NCBI GenBank assembly: GCA_041690035.1
Contig: JBDNFC010000060.1
Span: 12,503 to 76,502, forward strand
Length of the DNA stretch: 64,000 bases
Direction of reading: 5' to 3'
DNA from: Bacteroidia bacterium
GTDB lineage: Bacteria > Bacteroidota > Bacteroidia > NS11-12g > UBA955
Positions 1-9,842 of this stretch are shown here, piece by piece. The translations under genes and the position numbers were made by a program. How positions within the stretch are numbered: the first letter of the stretch is position 1; each line of letters starts with the position of its first letter. The notes under the pieces were generated by a model. It saw only the letters and a list, made by a program, of their open reading frames with translations, did not search any database and had not been told where the DNA came from.

Positions 1-427
1 AATGAAATTGCTGAAACTCATCAAAAATATTCTCCTCTGGAGTGTCTAAGTATAGATTAATCTCATCTTTTATAACCCTTTTTTCTTTTACTAAATCGCT
101 TTCTTTAAAATTAGGATTAAAAACAATATCGCCCAATAATTCAGCAGCTCTTTTAAAATCTTTAGTAAGCACATTGGCATAAATAGCAGTTATATCTTTT
201 CCAGTAAAAGCATTTAGCTCTCCCCCCACTACTTCTAGCCGGCTCAAAACTTGTGTACTGTTTCGTTTTTTTGTGCCTTTAAATAGTAAGTGTTCAAAAC
301 AATGCGCCAACCCAGGATGTTCGCCATCATCTGCACTGCCTGCATTGATTACAAAACCACATTGCGTGCTCAAGGTGCTAAACATTTGTTTGTACACAAT
401 TTTTAGCCCGTTAGACAATTGATGCAC
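1..427 (-). CDS. M16 family zinc peptidase (insulinase-like), N-terminal part. The gene runs off the left edge of the window and is absent from the ORF track because no stop codon lies in-window.
   Basis: Manual translation of the minus strand gives ...VHQLSNGLKIVYKQMFSTLSTQCGFVINAGSADDGEHPGLAHCFEHLLFKGTKKRNSTQVL..., which contains the inverted zinc-binding HxxEH motif (HCFEH) of M16 peptidases. The start is ambiguous: GTG at 427, ATG at 385, or TTG at about 489. The TTG start would overlap the 3' end of the upstream fabK-like gene. Confidence 0.6.
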   Translation of the reverse strand, partial: MHQLSNGLKIVYKQMFSTLSTQCGFVINAGSADDGEHPGLAHCFEHLLFKGTKKRNSTQVLSRLEVVGGELNAFTGKDITAIYANVLTKDFKRAAELLGDIVFNPNFKESDLVKEKRVIKDEINLYLDTPEENIFDEFQQFH

Positions 428-467
428 TAAGGGTGGATGCTCTTTTAAATAGGCCCCAAATTTATTT

Positions 468-1433
468 TCAGTATTGTTGTGTTGCAATGTGGCTTATGGT
501 TTGGTTATATTCGTTAATAATCTCATTTACTATACTTTTGGCTGGCATAATTTGGTCAATAAAAGCAGAAACCTGCCCTATTTCTAATTCCCCTTCTATC
601 AAATCGCCCTCAAACATTCCTTTTTTTGCCCTGCCACGCCCTAATTTTTCTGCCAGTACTTCTTTACTTGCTCCTTGCTTTTCTAGCATATGAATACACT
701 CAGCAAATGGATTGTCTAGCAAGCGAACAGGAGTAAGAGACTTTAAAGCCAATTTTGTTTGTCCTTCTTTTGCTGCTGCAATGGCATGTTTAAAATATTC
801 ATGGGCGGAAGATTCTTCGCTCATTACAAATCTACTGCCTATTTGCACCGCATCTGCTCCCAAAGCAATCATTGCTGCCATCGCTCTGCCTGTAGCAATG
901 CCACCTGCTGCTATTAAGGGAAGATTTACTGCTACTTTTATTATAGGTATTAAACAGAGTGTAGTGGTTTCTTCTTTACCATTATGCCCCCCTGCTTCAA
1001 ACCCTTCGGCCACCAAAGCATCTACACCTGCATCTGCTGCTTTTTTTGCAAATTTTTGATTTGCCACCACATGCACAACACAAATACCCGCCTTTTTTAA
1101 TATTGGAGTATAAAGCGCAGGATTGCCAGCACTTGTAAACACGATTTTTACTTTTTCTGCGATAATTATCGCAATGTGTTTTTCAATTTCTGGATAAAGC
1201 AGGGGTAAATTTACCGCAAAAGGCAAGTTTGTGGCAGCTTTACATTTGCGAATATGCTGCTGCAATACTTCAGGATACATGCTGCCTGCACCAATAATGC
1301 CAAGCCCGCCAGCATTGCTTACTGCACTTGCCAAACGCCATCCACTGCACCATATCATGCCGGCCTGAATAAGCGGATACTTTATGCCAAATAATTTAAG
1401 AATGGGATTAGAATTCACAGTGCAAATTAACAT
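468..1433 (-). CDS. fabK: Nitronate monooxygenase / enoyl-ACP reductase II (FabK-like), an FMN-dependent TIM-barrel enzyme
   Basis: The 321-aa ORF carries NMO-family motifs: YPLIQAGM near the N-terminus, GGLGIIGAG, and GGIATGRAMAAMIALGADAVQIGSRF. Confidence 0.75.
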   Translation of the reverse strand: MLICTVNSNPILKLFGIKYPLIQAGMIWCSGWRLASAVSNAGGLGIIGAGSMYPEVLQQHIRKCKAATNLPFAVNLPLLYPEIEKHIAIIIAEKVKIVFTSAGNPALYTPILKKAGICVVHVVANQKFAKKAADAGVDALVAEGFEAGGHNGKEETTTLCLIPIIKVAVNLPLIAAGGIATGRAMAAMIALGADAVQIGSRFVMSEESSAHEYFKHAIAAAKEGQTKLALKSLTPVRLLDNPFAECIHMLEKQGASKEVLAEKLGRGRAKKGMFEGDLIEGELEIGQVSAFIDQIMPAKSIVNEIINEYNQTISHIATQQY

Positions 1434-1556
1434 TAAAACCAGCTAAACCCAAAATGGTTATAATTGCGCTTTATACTTAATGTTTTTTTACAAAATTATA
1501 TATGAATTTTTCTTTTTTGATAATAAACTGTACAAGAATATAATGAGTCTAATTGT

Positions 1557-2504
1557 TTAAAAAAGGATGGTACAAAGTGGTAAAGCTTTTTTTATACGAT
1601 TGATTTCTGCCTCATCTATAGGGTTGTCTTTAATGATGAGGGTTCTAAGGCTTTTAAGTTTTTTAATATCCTGATGCATTTTTGAGATTTGGTTGCCAGA
1701 AAGCAGCAAAACTTCTAAATCTTGAAGTTGACAAATGCTATTTGGCAGTTCTTTCAGCTGATTGTATGAAAGGATAAGTGTGTTTAAAGATTTACATTCT
1801 GAAACAGTAGTTGGCAAAACCTGCAGTTGATTCAGTTCTAAATTAATGGATTTTAATTGCGATTTATTATAAAAAACCTGAGAGTCAATAGTATTTATTT
1901 TATTGTTTGAGAAATTTATATTCACGATATTTTGAAGTTTAGAAAGGTGGCTCGGAAGCTTTATTATTTGATTATTTTGCAATTCTAAAAAGCGCAAACT
2001 TTTTAGTTCACTAAACGATTCATTTAGTTCTTTAATTTGATTGTTAGAAGAAAATAGGTTTTCTAGAAGTGTCAATTGTTCAAACTCATTTAGGTACAAT
2101 TCTATTTTGTTTTTAGCCATATCTAGAATTAATAATTCTTTCAATTGCTTAATTTCAGGGTTTAAAGCAGTGATTTTATTATCTCTGATATTTAGCTCTC
2201 TTAAATTATTTAACTCACAAACTACATCTGGCAAAATTGGCAATTTGTTTTTCATGAGGTTCAAAAACTTTAAGTTTGATAGTTTGCTAATCTCTAAATT
2301 GATTTCTGTGAGTTCTTGGTTTCTTAAATTCAGAAATTCGGTCTTTTTTGGTTGAACTAATGCCTCAGTAAGATTTAAAAATACAATATTATTGTTGGGG
2401 TTAGACGCAGAATAAGTTGTGTTTTTGCTTAATGAACAGGCACTTAAGATTAAACTAAATATTACGATGGTTCTATTGAATTTCATTTTTAAATAAACAT
2501 GCAA
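1557..2504 (-). CDS. Leucine-rich repeat (LRR) lipoprotein
   Basis: Tandem 22-24-aa LxxLxLxxNxL repeats run across the whole ORF. The N-terminus has a signal peptide with a lipobox (FSLILSAC). The true start is probably the internal MKFNRT at about 2486. Confidence 0.8.
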   Translation of the reverse strand: MHVYLKMKFNRTIVIFSLILSACSLSKNTTYSASNPNNNIVFLNLTEALVQPKKTEFLNLRNQELTEINLEISKLSNLKFLNLMKNKLPILPDVVCELNNLRELNIRDNKITALNPEIKQLKELLILDMAKNKIELYLNEFEQLTLLENLFSSNNQIKELNESFSELKSLRFLELQNNQIIKLPSHLSKLQNIVNINFSNNKINTIDSQVFYNKSQLKSINLELNQLQVLPTTVSECKSLNTLILSYNQLKELPNSICQLQDLEVLLLSGNQISKMHQDIKKLKSLRTLIIKDNPIDEAEINRIKKALPLCTILF

Positions 2505-2536
2505 ATTGATTGTTTTATGTTTCTATTTTTTTAATT

Positions 2537-4390
2537 TTAAGTTAAGGTTAAGTTAAAAAAAAAGAGCCTTCCGTTTCTGCCAATGTATGCAGTAAAATCA
2601 TGATTGGATGGAACTGAATCTGTATTTAAAGCATAGGGCGTTCCTTGTTTAAATATTTGTTGAAAATCGTGGGTAAGAGGAATAATCATTCTAGTGATTT
2701 GAGCTTGAGGCACTAAAGATGTAAAACATGAAATATGGTTTTCGCCATCAATACAACCCATTGCTATTGGATTTGGCTTCAATTGTTTTACAATTTCCAT
2801 GTCAAAACCAAGGTCAGAACTAATAGAATCTCTTTGGTGTATAACCACCGCCAGCTGATTAACACCATTTTTGAATACTGTTTTTGGCAAGGTGGTAGTA
2901 AAATAAGTGGTTTCATTTGAGCCATCTATTAAATATTTGAAATACTCCTAAAATTTAAAGGTCCGGTTGGCATATTTTGTCTTAACACTTCTACCCCATT
3001 AATATATACCACTACTCCATCATCTCTTCTAATGTTAAAATCATATAAATCAGATGTTAAATTGGCTGTATCATCAATAAAAATCTTTTTTCTAAAGAAA
3101 TAAGCCACATGTTTATTTGCAGCGTTAGGGCCAAAACCAATGGTAGTTGTCATAGGGTCGCCATATCCAAGTGGTGCAGCACCATAGTTCCATAAAGTTT
3201 CTTGCGGGTAATTTTTGTTTGTCCAATTGGTGCCGTAAAGTTCCGTACCATTATCATTAAAATACCATTCATCCCCTTTTTTTACTGGAAAATTAATGGT
3301 TTTCATATCTTGTTTTTTTGCTACCACTTCCATATCAAAACCCATATCTACCGATTCAGGGTCAGCTTGATGAGCCTCTACTGCCAATAAATTTACTCCA
3401 TTTCTTAATTTCACACCAATTCTATGTTCAAAATAAGTATCTTCATCTAACCCATAAATTTAATTATTCGCTATGGTGTTATAATCGATAGTGCCATTTG
3501 GCATATTTCTTCTAAAAACTTCATTTCCATTCAAACATACAATAGCCCCATCACCTACCAATAAGTTAAACAATAAAGAATCTATTTTTGAAGAGTCGGT
3601 TACTATAAACTTTTTTCTAAAATGGTAGTTATAAATTTATTATTAGAATTTGAACCAAATTTAATATTTGTGCGTTCATTGCCATCGCCATATCCGAATT
3701 TGCCTAAATAAAATTTCCAAGTAGAATCTTCATAATTGGTTTCTTTCCAAATAGAACCTAAATTATAACCACTATCTTGGTAGCTCCAAATGTCGTTTTT
3801 CGCTATAGGAAAATTTGCAACTGGTACTTTTTTAAGCGTATAAGTAATTACTAATTCTGCAGCCATAGATGGCACACCCTCAAAAGAATGTGCGTTTCTT
3901 CTGCCCGTTCCATTCACAAAAATTGTAAAAGGATTGTTTGCATTCCAGCCACTTCTGCCTCTTATTTCATCTAAAATAGTTTTTATGTTTGGCGTTCTTT
4001 GGTCACTGCCAAAAGCATTTAAAACGCCCCAAACCGGCAAGTTAGACCAAGCCACACTTGCTGAAGTTTTGGCTCTATTGCTTAAACTAAAACCTGCGGT
4101 AGAAAAAGTTAGAGAATTGTCTGTTGCCTCTCCTCTTATTGTAAGGTTTGTTGCGGCTGTGTGGGTATTTTCATCTACCCAAAATGAATATATGCACTAA
4201 CAATAGTGGCATCTTTAGGAATATTAATACCTGTAAAACGCATCCCAACAGTTTATCTTTCTTCGGCATCGTCTGTGCCAGCAGCAATTTGTTTTCTAAA
4301 CTCGAAGGTGTTTTGAGCCACCAAATTCAATGATAATGTTCCGATAAGGAACAATATACCAAGCTTTTTAATGGTCATTCTTTGTTTCAT
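2537..4390 (-). pseudogene. Decayed gene for a secreted multi-repeat surface protein, disrupted by in-frame stops and frameshifts
   Basis: A signal-peptide start, MKQRMTIKKLGILFLIGTLSLNLVAQN, sits at 4390. An in-frame TAA follows after ...AGTDDAEER, and there is a frameshift near 4185. The remaining fragments are ORFs 3603-4055, 2929-3414 and 2537-2890, plus an unlisted fragment at 3415-3602. The fragments share repeated modules (W..G..W...LGYGDG...T; DDGVVVYINGVEVLRQNMP, LVGDGAIVCLNGNEVFRRNMP, NPFTIFVNGTGRRNAH). Together this shows one ancestral protein of about 600 aa broken into at least four pieces. Confidence 0.65.
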
Positions 4391-4570
4391 CTTTTATAAT
4401 ATTATTCGAGTGCAAAATTCTATAGTGCATGTTATCAATAAAGGATTGGTGTGTTATCTTTTGTTTGTTTTTGGGTTAAATTAAAAAAGCAAGCTATCTG
4501 TTTTTACCCAAATACCAAAAAATCAATGCTTAAAATCAATGAAGTATTTGTCTGATGGCGTAAAAATACT

Positions 4571-4699
4571 TTATGGTTTTTCTTTCTTCCTTAATTGGTG
4601 TTCTGCAAATAACCAGAAAGAACTAACTGCACATACTATCCAACAAAACACGCTATTAAAAAAAGATGCAGCAAACATAGTGGCATAAAAAGCAGCCAT
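4571..4699 (-). CDS. Possible small membrane protein of 42 aa. It is not in the ORF track.
   Basis: Manual translation gives MAAFYATMFAASFFNSVFCWIVCAVSSFWLFAEHQLRKKEKP, a hydrophobic core with a basic tail, lying downstream of the FAH gene. This is a weak call. Confidence 0.25.
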   Translation of the reverse strand: MAAFYATMFAASFFNSVFCWIVCAVSSFWLFAEHQLRKKEKP

Positions 4700-4829
4700 T
4701 GCATAATTAGTTAAAAAAATGACGTTATAAATTTTAGTACAACACTTGTTGGCAAAATAAAAATTGCCAATTAAGCCATTGTTTCTGGTAGTATTATTAG
4801 TTTTTAATTATTTTCAGAGAACCCCAATT

Positions 4830-5441
4830 TTACTTGCACCTAAAATTAAATACTTCTTGATTTTCTAAACAACCCACCAATAAATCATTTTGTGCCACAG
4901 GCCCCACACCTGCTGGAGTGCCAGTAAATATTATATCACCTATTTTGAGGGTAAAAAACTTGCTAATGTAGGCTATTAATTCATCAATGCTAAAAATCAT
5001 GTCATAGGTGGTTCCTTGCTGTTTTTTTTCACCATTAATAAATAGACTAAATGCCATATTGCCAATATTATATTCCTTTTTTTCTACCCATTTACCCACT
5101 ACTGCACTGTTATCAAAAGCTTTGGCAATCTCCCAAGGCAGGCCTTCTTTTTTTAGTTTTTCTTGCAAATCTCTAGCGGTAAAATCTATGCCAAGGCTAA
5201 TTTCACTGTAGTATTTATGTGCAAATTTAACATCAATATTTTTACCCAATTTGTTTATTCTCACTATCATTTCACATTCATAATGTATAGATTGACTAAA
5301 ATCGGGAATAAAAAAAGGCTTATTTTTTGATAAAATTGCAGTTTCAGGCTTTAAAAAAATAACAGGCTCACTCGGTTTTTTGTTGCCAAGTTCTGCAGCA
5401 TGTGCCGCATAATTTCTTCCTACACAGATTACTTTTGGCAT
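4830..5441 (-). CDS. Fumarylacetoacetate hydrolase (FAH) family protein
   Basis: The 203-aa ORF has an FAH-fold signature at its C-terminus (GDIIFTGTPAGVGPV) and an N-terminus typical of 2-keto-4-pentenoate hydratase / HpcE-like proteins. Confidence 0.75.
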   Translation of the reverse strand: MPKVICVGRNYAAHAAELGNKKPSEPVIFLKPETAILSKNKPFFIPDFSQSIHYECEMIVRINKLGKNIDVKFAHKYYSEISLGIDFTARDLQEKLKKEGLPWEIAKAFDNSAVVGKWVEKKEYNIGNMAFSLFINGEKKQQGTTYDMIFSIDELIAYISKFFTLKIGDIIFTGTPAGVGPVAQNDLLVGCLENQEVFNFRCK

Positions 5442-5444
5442 ATC

Positions 5445-6536
5445 CTATTTGGGGTTAATAAACACTTTTTCAGCTACGCTACTAATGACATTATTAAAGT
5501 AAATCAAAATTACCTGATTTGCAAAGGGGGATAAATCTATTTTTCGATTTTGGGTCAATGAAATAGCTAAAAGTTGCTTTCCTTGTAAATCAAAAATGGT
5601 GATGTAATGCATGCTTTCATTGATTATTTCAAGTTGATTCTGCGAAAGCAAGTAATCCTTGTTTCTTTCAAAAAAAGTAATGCTATTGTTGTTAGAAATT
5701 ATAGGATATGCATATAAATTTCCACCACCCACTAAGCTGTTTTTTTCGTCTGCCACCCAAAAATTTGGTGGCACAAACACACAGGCCTCTTTTTGAGTAT
5801 AGGTATCAAGTATTAATTTTTCCGAGTTTGCAAAACCCCTAATTAGATAATCTTTGCATTGCCAAACATAGCTGTGAGATAATAAATAAAGGTCTTTTTG
5901 GTCAAAAAAAGCATCTGTTACCCAACTTAATTCTTTGGGACCATTGCCAGCAAAAAAACTGTCTATGATTGTTGCATTTTGCATTATTACAGTATCTTTT
6001 AATCCATAAACGTAAGTATACCCATTGTAGGGATTGCTTCTATTTTTGGAAAAAATAAACAGGCTATCTTTTATCATTATCATGGCCTCTGCATCAAAGT
6101 GTTTTTTGTCATTGGCAGGTGGAAAAACATTTTGTGCTGCATAGCTAAAATCTATTTTATAGCTAACCTGCACCGATGAATTTTGTAATGAATCTTTAAA
6201 ATTTTTTATTACATATATTTTCAAATCTTGTCTTATATTATCATTATTTCCTATATCACCAATATACAAATCGCCCTGATTGTTTATACAAATTGCTTCC
6301 CAATCAATATTAGTAGCATTATTGACTTCAATGGTATTTACCAAGTTTCCTGTTTTATTAATAACATGGATATGGGCAGCATTTCCTCCATCATTTAAAG
6401 CAATAAAATAGGGATCTATATATGCCATGCCACTGCATTCGCTCAAAATACTTGGCAACTGATATTGCATTTTTGGTGCTATTTGAGCAAAAATACCTTT
6501 GCTTAATAGCAAAGTAAAAACAATAAAAAACTTCAA
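5445..6536 (-). CDS. Secreted beta-propeller-like protein (SdiA-regulated/YjiK-like) with a T9SS type A C-terminal sorting domain
   Basis: There is a signal peptide, MKFFIVFTLLLSKGIFAQ. The LSECSGMAY...DGGN...IGDIGNN segments resemble the YjiK/SdiA-regulated family. The C-terminus, HYITIFDLQGKQLLAISLTQNRKIDLSPFANQVILIYF, resembles the Por secretion tail. Confidence 0.5.
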   Translation of the reverse strand: MKFFIVFTLLLSKGIFAQIAPKMQYQLPSILSECSGMAYIDPYFIALNDGGNAAHIHVINKTGNLVNTIEVNNATNIDWEAICINNQGDLYIGDIGNNDNIRQDLKIYVIKNFKDSLQNSSVQVSYKIDFSYAAQNVFPPANDKKHFDAEAMIMIKDSLFIFSKNRSNPYNGYTYVYGLKDTVIMQNATIIDSFFAGNGPKELSWVTDAFFDQKDLYLLSHSYVWQCKDYLIRGFANSEKLILDTYTQKEACVFVPPNFWVADEKNSLVGGGNLYAYPIISNNNSITFFERNKDYLLSQNQLEIINESMHYITIFDLQGKQLLAISLTQNRKIDLSPFANQVILIYFNNVISSVAEKVFINPK

Positions 6537-6659
6537 GCCACAAAGGTATTGTTTTCTCTCTAATTTGTCTAAAAAAGCTCATTTTTATCAGCGAGAGGCA
6601 GTACTTTAAAAAAAATGGTAAAAATGCTAGCAATAATCAATTATCTTTGCAGTATAGTT

Positions 6660-7205
6660 ATGAAATCTATTTTTTATAAATCAATCAGAGCAGGCATAAT
6701 GATTATGGCATTTGCGTTATTTGCATGTAATACGCAGAAAAAAAACCTCAAAAATGATTCTCAAACCATCAATGAAGAGCTTAAAAATCATGAAACCGCA
6801 GCTGAACTTACTTTTTATGATTGGAACACAGGCTACCTTAAAGCCAAGCGATTAAACAAAATTTTATTAGTAGATGTTTATACAGATTGGTGTTACTATT
6901 GCAAAGTAATGGACAAAAACACTTATAGTGATAAAACAGTAATAGATTCATTAAATAAGAATTTTGTATGCGTAAAATTTAATCCGGAAATAAAAAACGA
7001 TTCACTTGTTTTTGATGCTACTGTAGTAAATAATAAGGCATTGCTAACTTTTTTATTTGATAATAGAAGCAATGGTTTTCCTACCACCACCTTTTGGATA
7101 AACCCGAGTAAAAGCGAAAAACTAGAAGTAGTGCCCGGCTATATGGAGCCAAAAGCATTTATAGGGCTGCTCAACGAAATAGTTACAAAGAAAAAAGCCA
7201 GTTAA
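6660..7205 (+). CDS. Thioredoxin-fold lipoprotein (thiol:disulfide oxidoreductase-like)
   Basis: It has a lipobox (AFALFAC), a CxxC active site in VDVYTDWCYYCKVMD, and the surrounding thioredoxin-like context. The ORF track's alternative start is 6615. Confidence 0.65.
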   Translation: MKSIFYKSIRAGIMIMAFALFACNTQKKNLKNDSQTINEELKNHETAAELTFYDWNTGYLKAKRLNKILLVDVYTDWCYYCKVMDKNTYSDKTVIDSLNKNFVCVKFNPEIKNDSLVFDATVVNNKALLTFLFDNRSNGFPTTTFWINPSKSEKLEVVPGYMEPKAFIGLLNEIVTKKKAS

Positions 7206-7214
7206 AAACCTGTT

Positions 7215-8612
7215 TTGGGAAAAAGAAAATTTAGACCATACAAAATTGCTAAGCTAAGTATAGAAAAATTTGCAGCAGAAGGCAAGTGTATTGCCAAGCA
7301 CGATGAAAAGGTAATTTTTATTCCATTCACAGCACCTGGTGATGAGATAGAAGCATTGATTACTTCTGATAAGAAAAACTTTGCAGAAGGCAAAATACTT
7401 TCTTTTATAGAAAAAAGCAATTTAAGAATTGAACCCAAATGCAGCCATTTTTCTATATGTGGCGGGTGCAAGTGGCAGCACATTAGCTATGCTCAGCAGC
7501 TAGAGAACAAGCAAAATCAGGTAAAAGAACAATTTGATAAAATAGGCAAAATATTGCCAAAAATATATAAACCCATTATAGGAGCAGAGCCTATTTTTGA
7601 ATACAGAAATAAATTTGAATTTTCTTTCTCAAACATAGGCTGGATAGAGGATATAGAAGACAAATCTATTGAAAAAAAACCTGCAGCAGGTTTTCATATT
7701 CCTGGTAGATTTGATAAGGTGCTAGACCTAAAATACTGCCATTTGGCTAATAAAACCATCAATGCGATATTACAATTGGTAAAAACAATGGCACTAAGCC
7801 TTGATATTCCGTTTTATAACCAACACACTCATGAGGGCAACATGCGCAATTTAATTGTGAGAACAAGCACTTTGGGTGGATTAATGGTAATCATAGTGTG
7901 CACTATAAAAGATGAAGCCATTGACACTGTTTTATCAGCATTAAAAAAGCAATTTACAGAAATTACCAGTTTAAATTATATTATAAATACAAAAAAAAAT
8001 GACACCATCTACGATTTAGAAGTCATTAATATAAGTGGAGAAGAAGTGTTATATGAGCAAATAGGAGATATAAAATACAAAATTAGGCCTAAAAGTTTTT
8101 TTCAAACCAATAGTTACCAAACTAAAAATTTATATGCTGCTGCTATAGCATTGGCAAATTTAAGTTCCAACGATTTGGTGTATGATTTATACACAGGCAC
8201 GGGATCTATTGCACTCTATATTGCCAGAAATGTTAAAAAGGTGGTTGGAATAGAAATATTACCTCAAGCGATAGAAGATGCTAAAGAAAATGCAATTACT
8301 AATAACATAACTAATTGTGCATTTTATGTGGGCGATATGCGCAAAACATTTACAAACGAATTGGTGAATAAAGAGGGTGCACCTGACGTATTAATTACAG
8401 ACCCTCCCCGCAATGGAATGGATGCAGAAGTGGTGGAACATATTCTGGCTCTTGTGCCAAAAAAAGTAATTTATATAAGCTGCAACCCTGCAACACAAGC
8501 ACGCGATTTACAACTTCTTTCAGCCAAATATCAGCTAGATTGCAGCCAAGCTGTAGACATGTTTCCACATACTCATCATATAGAAAATATTGTGTTGCTA
8601 ACCCTCCTATAA
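7215..8612 (+). CDS. rlmD: 23S rRNA (uracil-C5)-methyltransferase RlmD/RumA
   Basis: It has a TRAM-like N-terminus, the Fe-S cysteine cluster CSHFSICGGCKWQH, FFQTN, the SAM motif DLYTGTGSIAL, and DPPRNG. Confidence 0.85.
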   Translation: MGKRKFRPYKIAKLSIEKFAAEGKCIAKHDEKVIFIPFTAPGDEIEALITSDKKNFAEGKILSFIEKSNLRIEPKCSHFSICGGCKWQHISYAQQLENKQNQVKEQFDKIGKILPKIYKPIIGAEPIFEYRNKFEFSFSNIGWIEDIEDKSIEKKPAAGFHIPGRFDKVLDLKYCHLANKTINAILQLVKTMALSLDIPFYNQHTHEGNMRNLIVRTSTLGGLMVIIVCTIKDEAIDTVLSALKKQFTEITSLNYIINTKKNDTIYDLEVINISGEEVLYEQIGDIKYKIRPKSFFQTNSYQTKNLYAAAIALANLSSNDLVYDLYTGTGSIALYIARNVKKVVGIEILPQAIEDAKENAITNNITNCAFYVGDMRKTFTNELVNKEGAPDVLITDPPRNGMDAEVVEHILALVPKKVIYISCNPATQARDLQLLSAKYQLDCSQAVDMFPHTHHIENIVLLTLL

Positions 8613-8622
8613 TAATGAGCTT

Positions 8623-9420
8623 ATGGTATTTAAAAATACACTTAAAAATAAAATTTATACAATCGTTTTTGGAACAGACACCCATGCTGGCAAAAACTTT
8701 GATGTAATATTACTTTGGCTCATTATTGCTTCCATCATCATTGTATTGTTAGAAAGTGTTTCTGCCTTTGGACTAAAATATAATCAGTTATTAACTACCT
8801 TTGAATGGATTTTTACCATTATTTTTACCATTGAATATCTGGTGAGAATATGGTGTAGCCCACACCCGTTAAAATACATATTTAGTTTTTGGGGTTTAAT
8901 AGACTTCTTATCCACCATACCAGCATATTTTACTTTGTTATTTAGCAGTGCCAAGTATCTGATAGGGATTAGAAGTTTAAGACTCATGCGTATTTTTAAG
9001 ATTTTAAAACTCGGACAGTTTAATAGCGAAGGAAATATGCTTTTATCTGCGCTAAAAAGAAGCAGACATAAAATAGTTGTTTTTCTGCTCTTTATAACCT
9101 TGTTGGTTTTTATACTAGGTACGCTTATGTATGTGGTAGAAGACGGCAGGAATGGATTTCACAATATTCCAGAGAGTATATATTGGAGCATTGTAACAAT
9201 TACAACCGTTGGCTATGGCGATATCGTCCCAAAAACCATGCTAGGCAAAATAATTTCTTCCATTATGATGATAATTGGCTATGCCATTATTGCCATACCC
9301 ACAGGAATAGTTTCTGTATCTATGCATCAAGAAAAAAACGGCAAGTTTTGTTCTAAATGTAAAAATCAATTGAGTGAAAATGCAAAATTTTGCAGCAATT
9401 GTGGCGAAGCAGTGACCTAA
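8623..9420 (+). CDS. Voltage-gated-type potassium channel with a C-terminal zinc ribbon
   Basis: It carries the selectivity filter TTVGYGD, an S4-like segment with repeated basic residues (RSLRLMRIFKILK), and a C-terminal CSKC...CSNC. Confidence 0.85.
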   Translation: MVFKNTLKNKIYTIVFGTDTHAGKNFDVILLWLIIASIIIVLLESVSAFGLKYNQLLTTFEWIFTIIFTIEYLVRIWCSPHPLKYIFSFWGLIDFLSTIPAYFTLLFSSAKYLIGIRSLRLMRIFKILKLGQFNSEGNMLLSALKRSRHKIVVFLLFITLLVFILGTLMYVVEDGRNGFHNIPESIYWSIVTITTVGYGDIVPKTMLGKIISSIMMIIGYAIIAIPTGIVSVSMHQEKNGKFCSKCKNQLSENAKFCSNCGEAVT

Positions 9421-9791
9421 GGTTTTTTTCTTAAAAACTAAATTTGACAAAAAGCGCAGTCTGACGTAAAGCACCACTCAGCGTAAAGTCATTCTGAGTG
9501 TTGCGCCCTAGCGCAATGTATCGAAGAAGTCTTGAGCGGTGAGTGTTTCCAACTTGCTTTACTCTGGTTTCGATACATTTTTATTTCGCTCATAAAAACA
9601 CTCAACCTGACGTAAAGGGTGGGTCTGACGAAAAGCACTCCCTAGAGGTTTATCATTGATTTTTTGGCGTTAATTAGCCTAATTGCGCAATACAATAAAA
9701 ACCCTACGAACCTGAAAACAGATTTAAGAGTAGGGAACAAAAAATGGCACTTGCCATCAAAAACCAAATTGCCAATGAAAATTACAAATAA
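9421..9791. other. Palindrome-rich, locally GC-richer intergenic element; candidate structured ncRNA or regulatory region
   Basis: There are several inverted repeats: CACTCAG-N12-CTGAGTG, TTGCGC-ccta-GCGCAA, ATGTATCGAA-N41-TTCGATACAT, ATTGCGCAAT, CCCTAC-N23-GTAGGG and ATGGCA-ct-TGCCAT. There is also an imperfect direct repeat, TCTGACGTAAAGCAC / TCTGACGAAAAGCAC. Confidence 0.3.
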
Positions 9792-9842
9792 TTGCTTTCA
9801 GAACCCTATTTTTGCAATGTAATAAAGCCTAGCATAGTAACT

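Noticed and set aside
433-1059. Plus-strand ORFs 433-693 and 712-1059
   Set aside because: They lie antisense within the well-supported fabK-like gene, are low-complexity Ala/Ser/Pro-rich translations, and have no motifs.
2537-4390. In-frame TAA/TAG codons inside an otherwise coherent reading frame, which could suggest stop-codon reassignment
   Set aside because: All well-supported genes in the window terminate normally at TAA, TAG or TGA. Frameshifts accompany the stops, so ordinary pseudogene decay is the simpler explanation.
9735-9760. TGGCAC...TTGCCA read as a sigma-54 -24/-12 promoter
   Set aside because: The spacing between the GG and GC elements is wrong. The sequence is a perfect palindrome, ATGGCActTGCCAT, and is more likely a hairpin or dimer-binding site.
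9421-9791. tRNA, tmRNA, RNase P RNA or SRP RNA in the structured intergenic region
   Set aside because: There is no GTTCGAnTC T-loop, no CCA-ending acceptor, and no RNase P or SRP conserved motifs.
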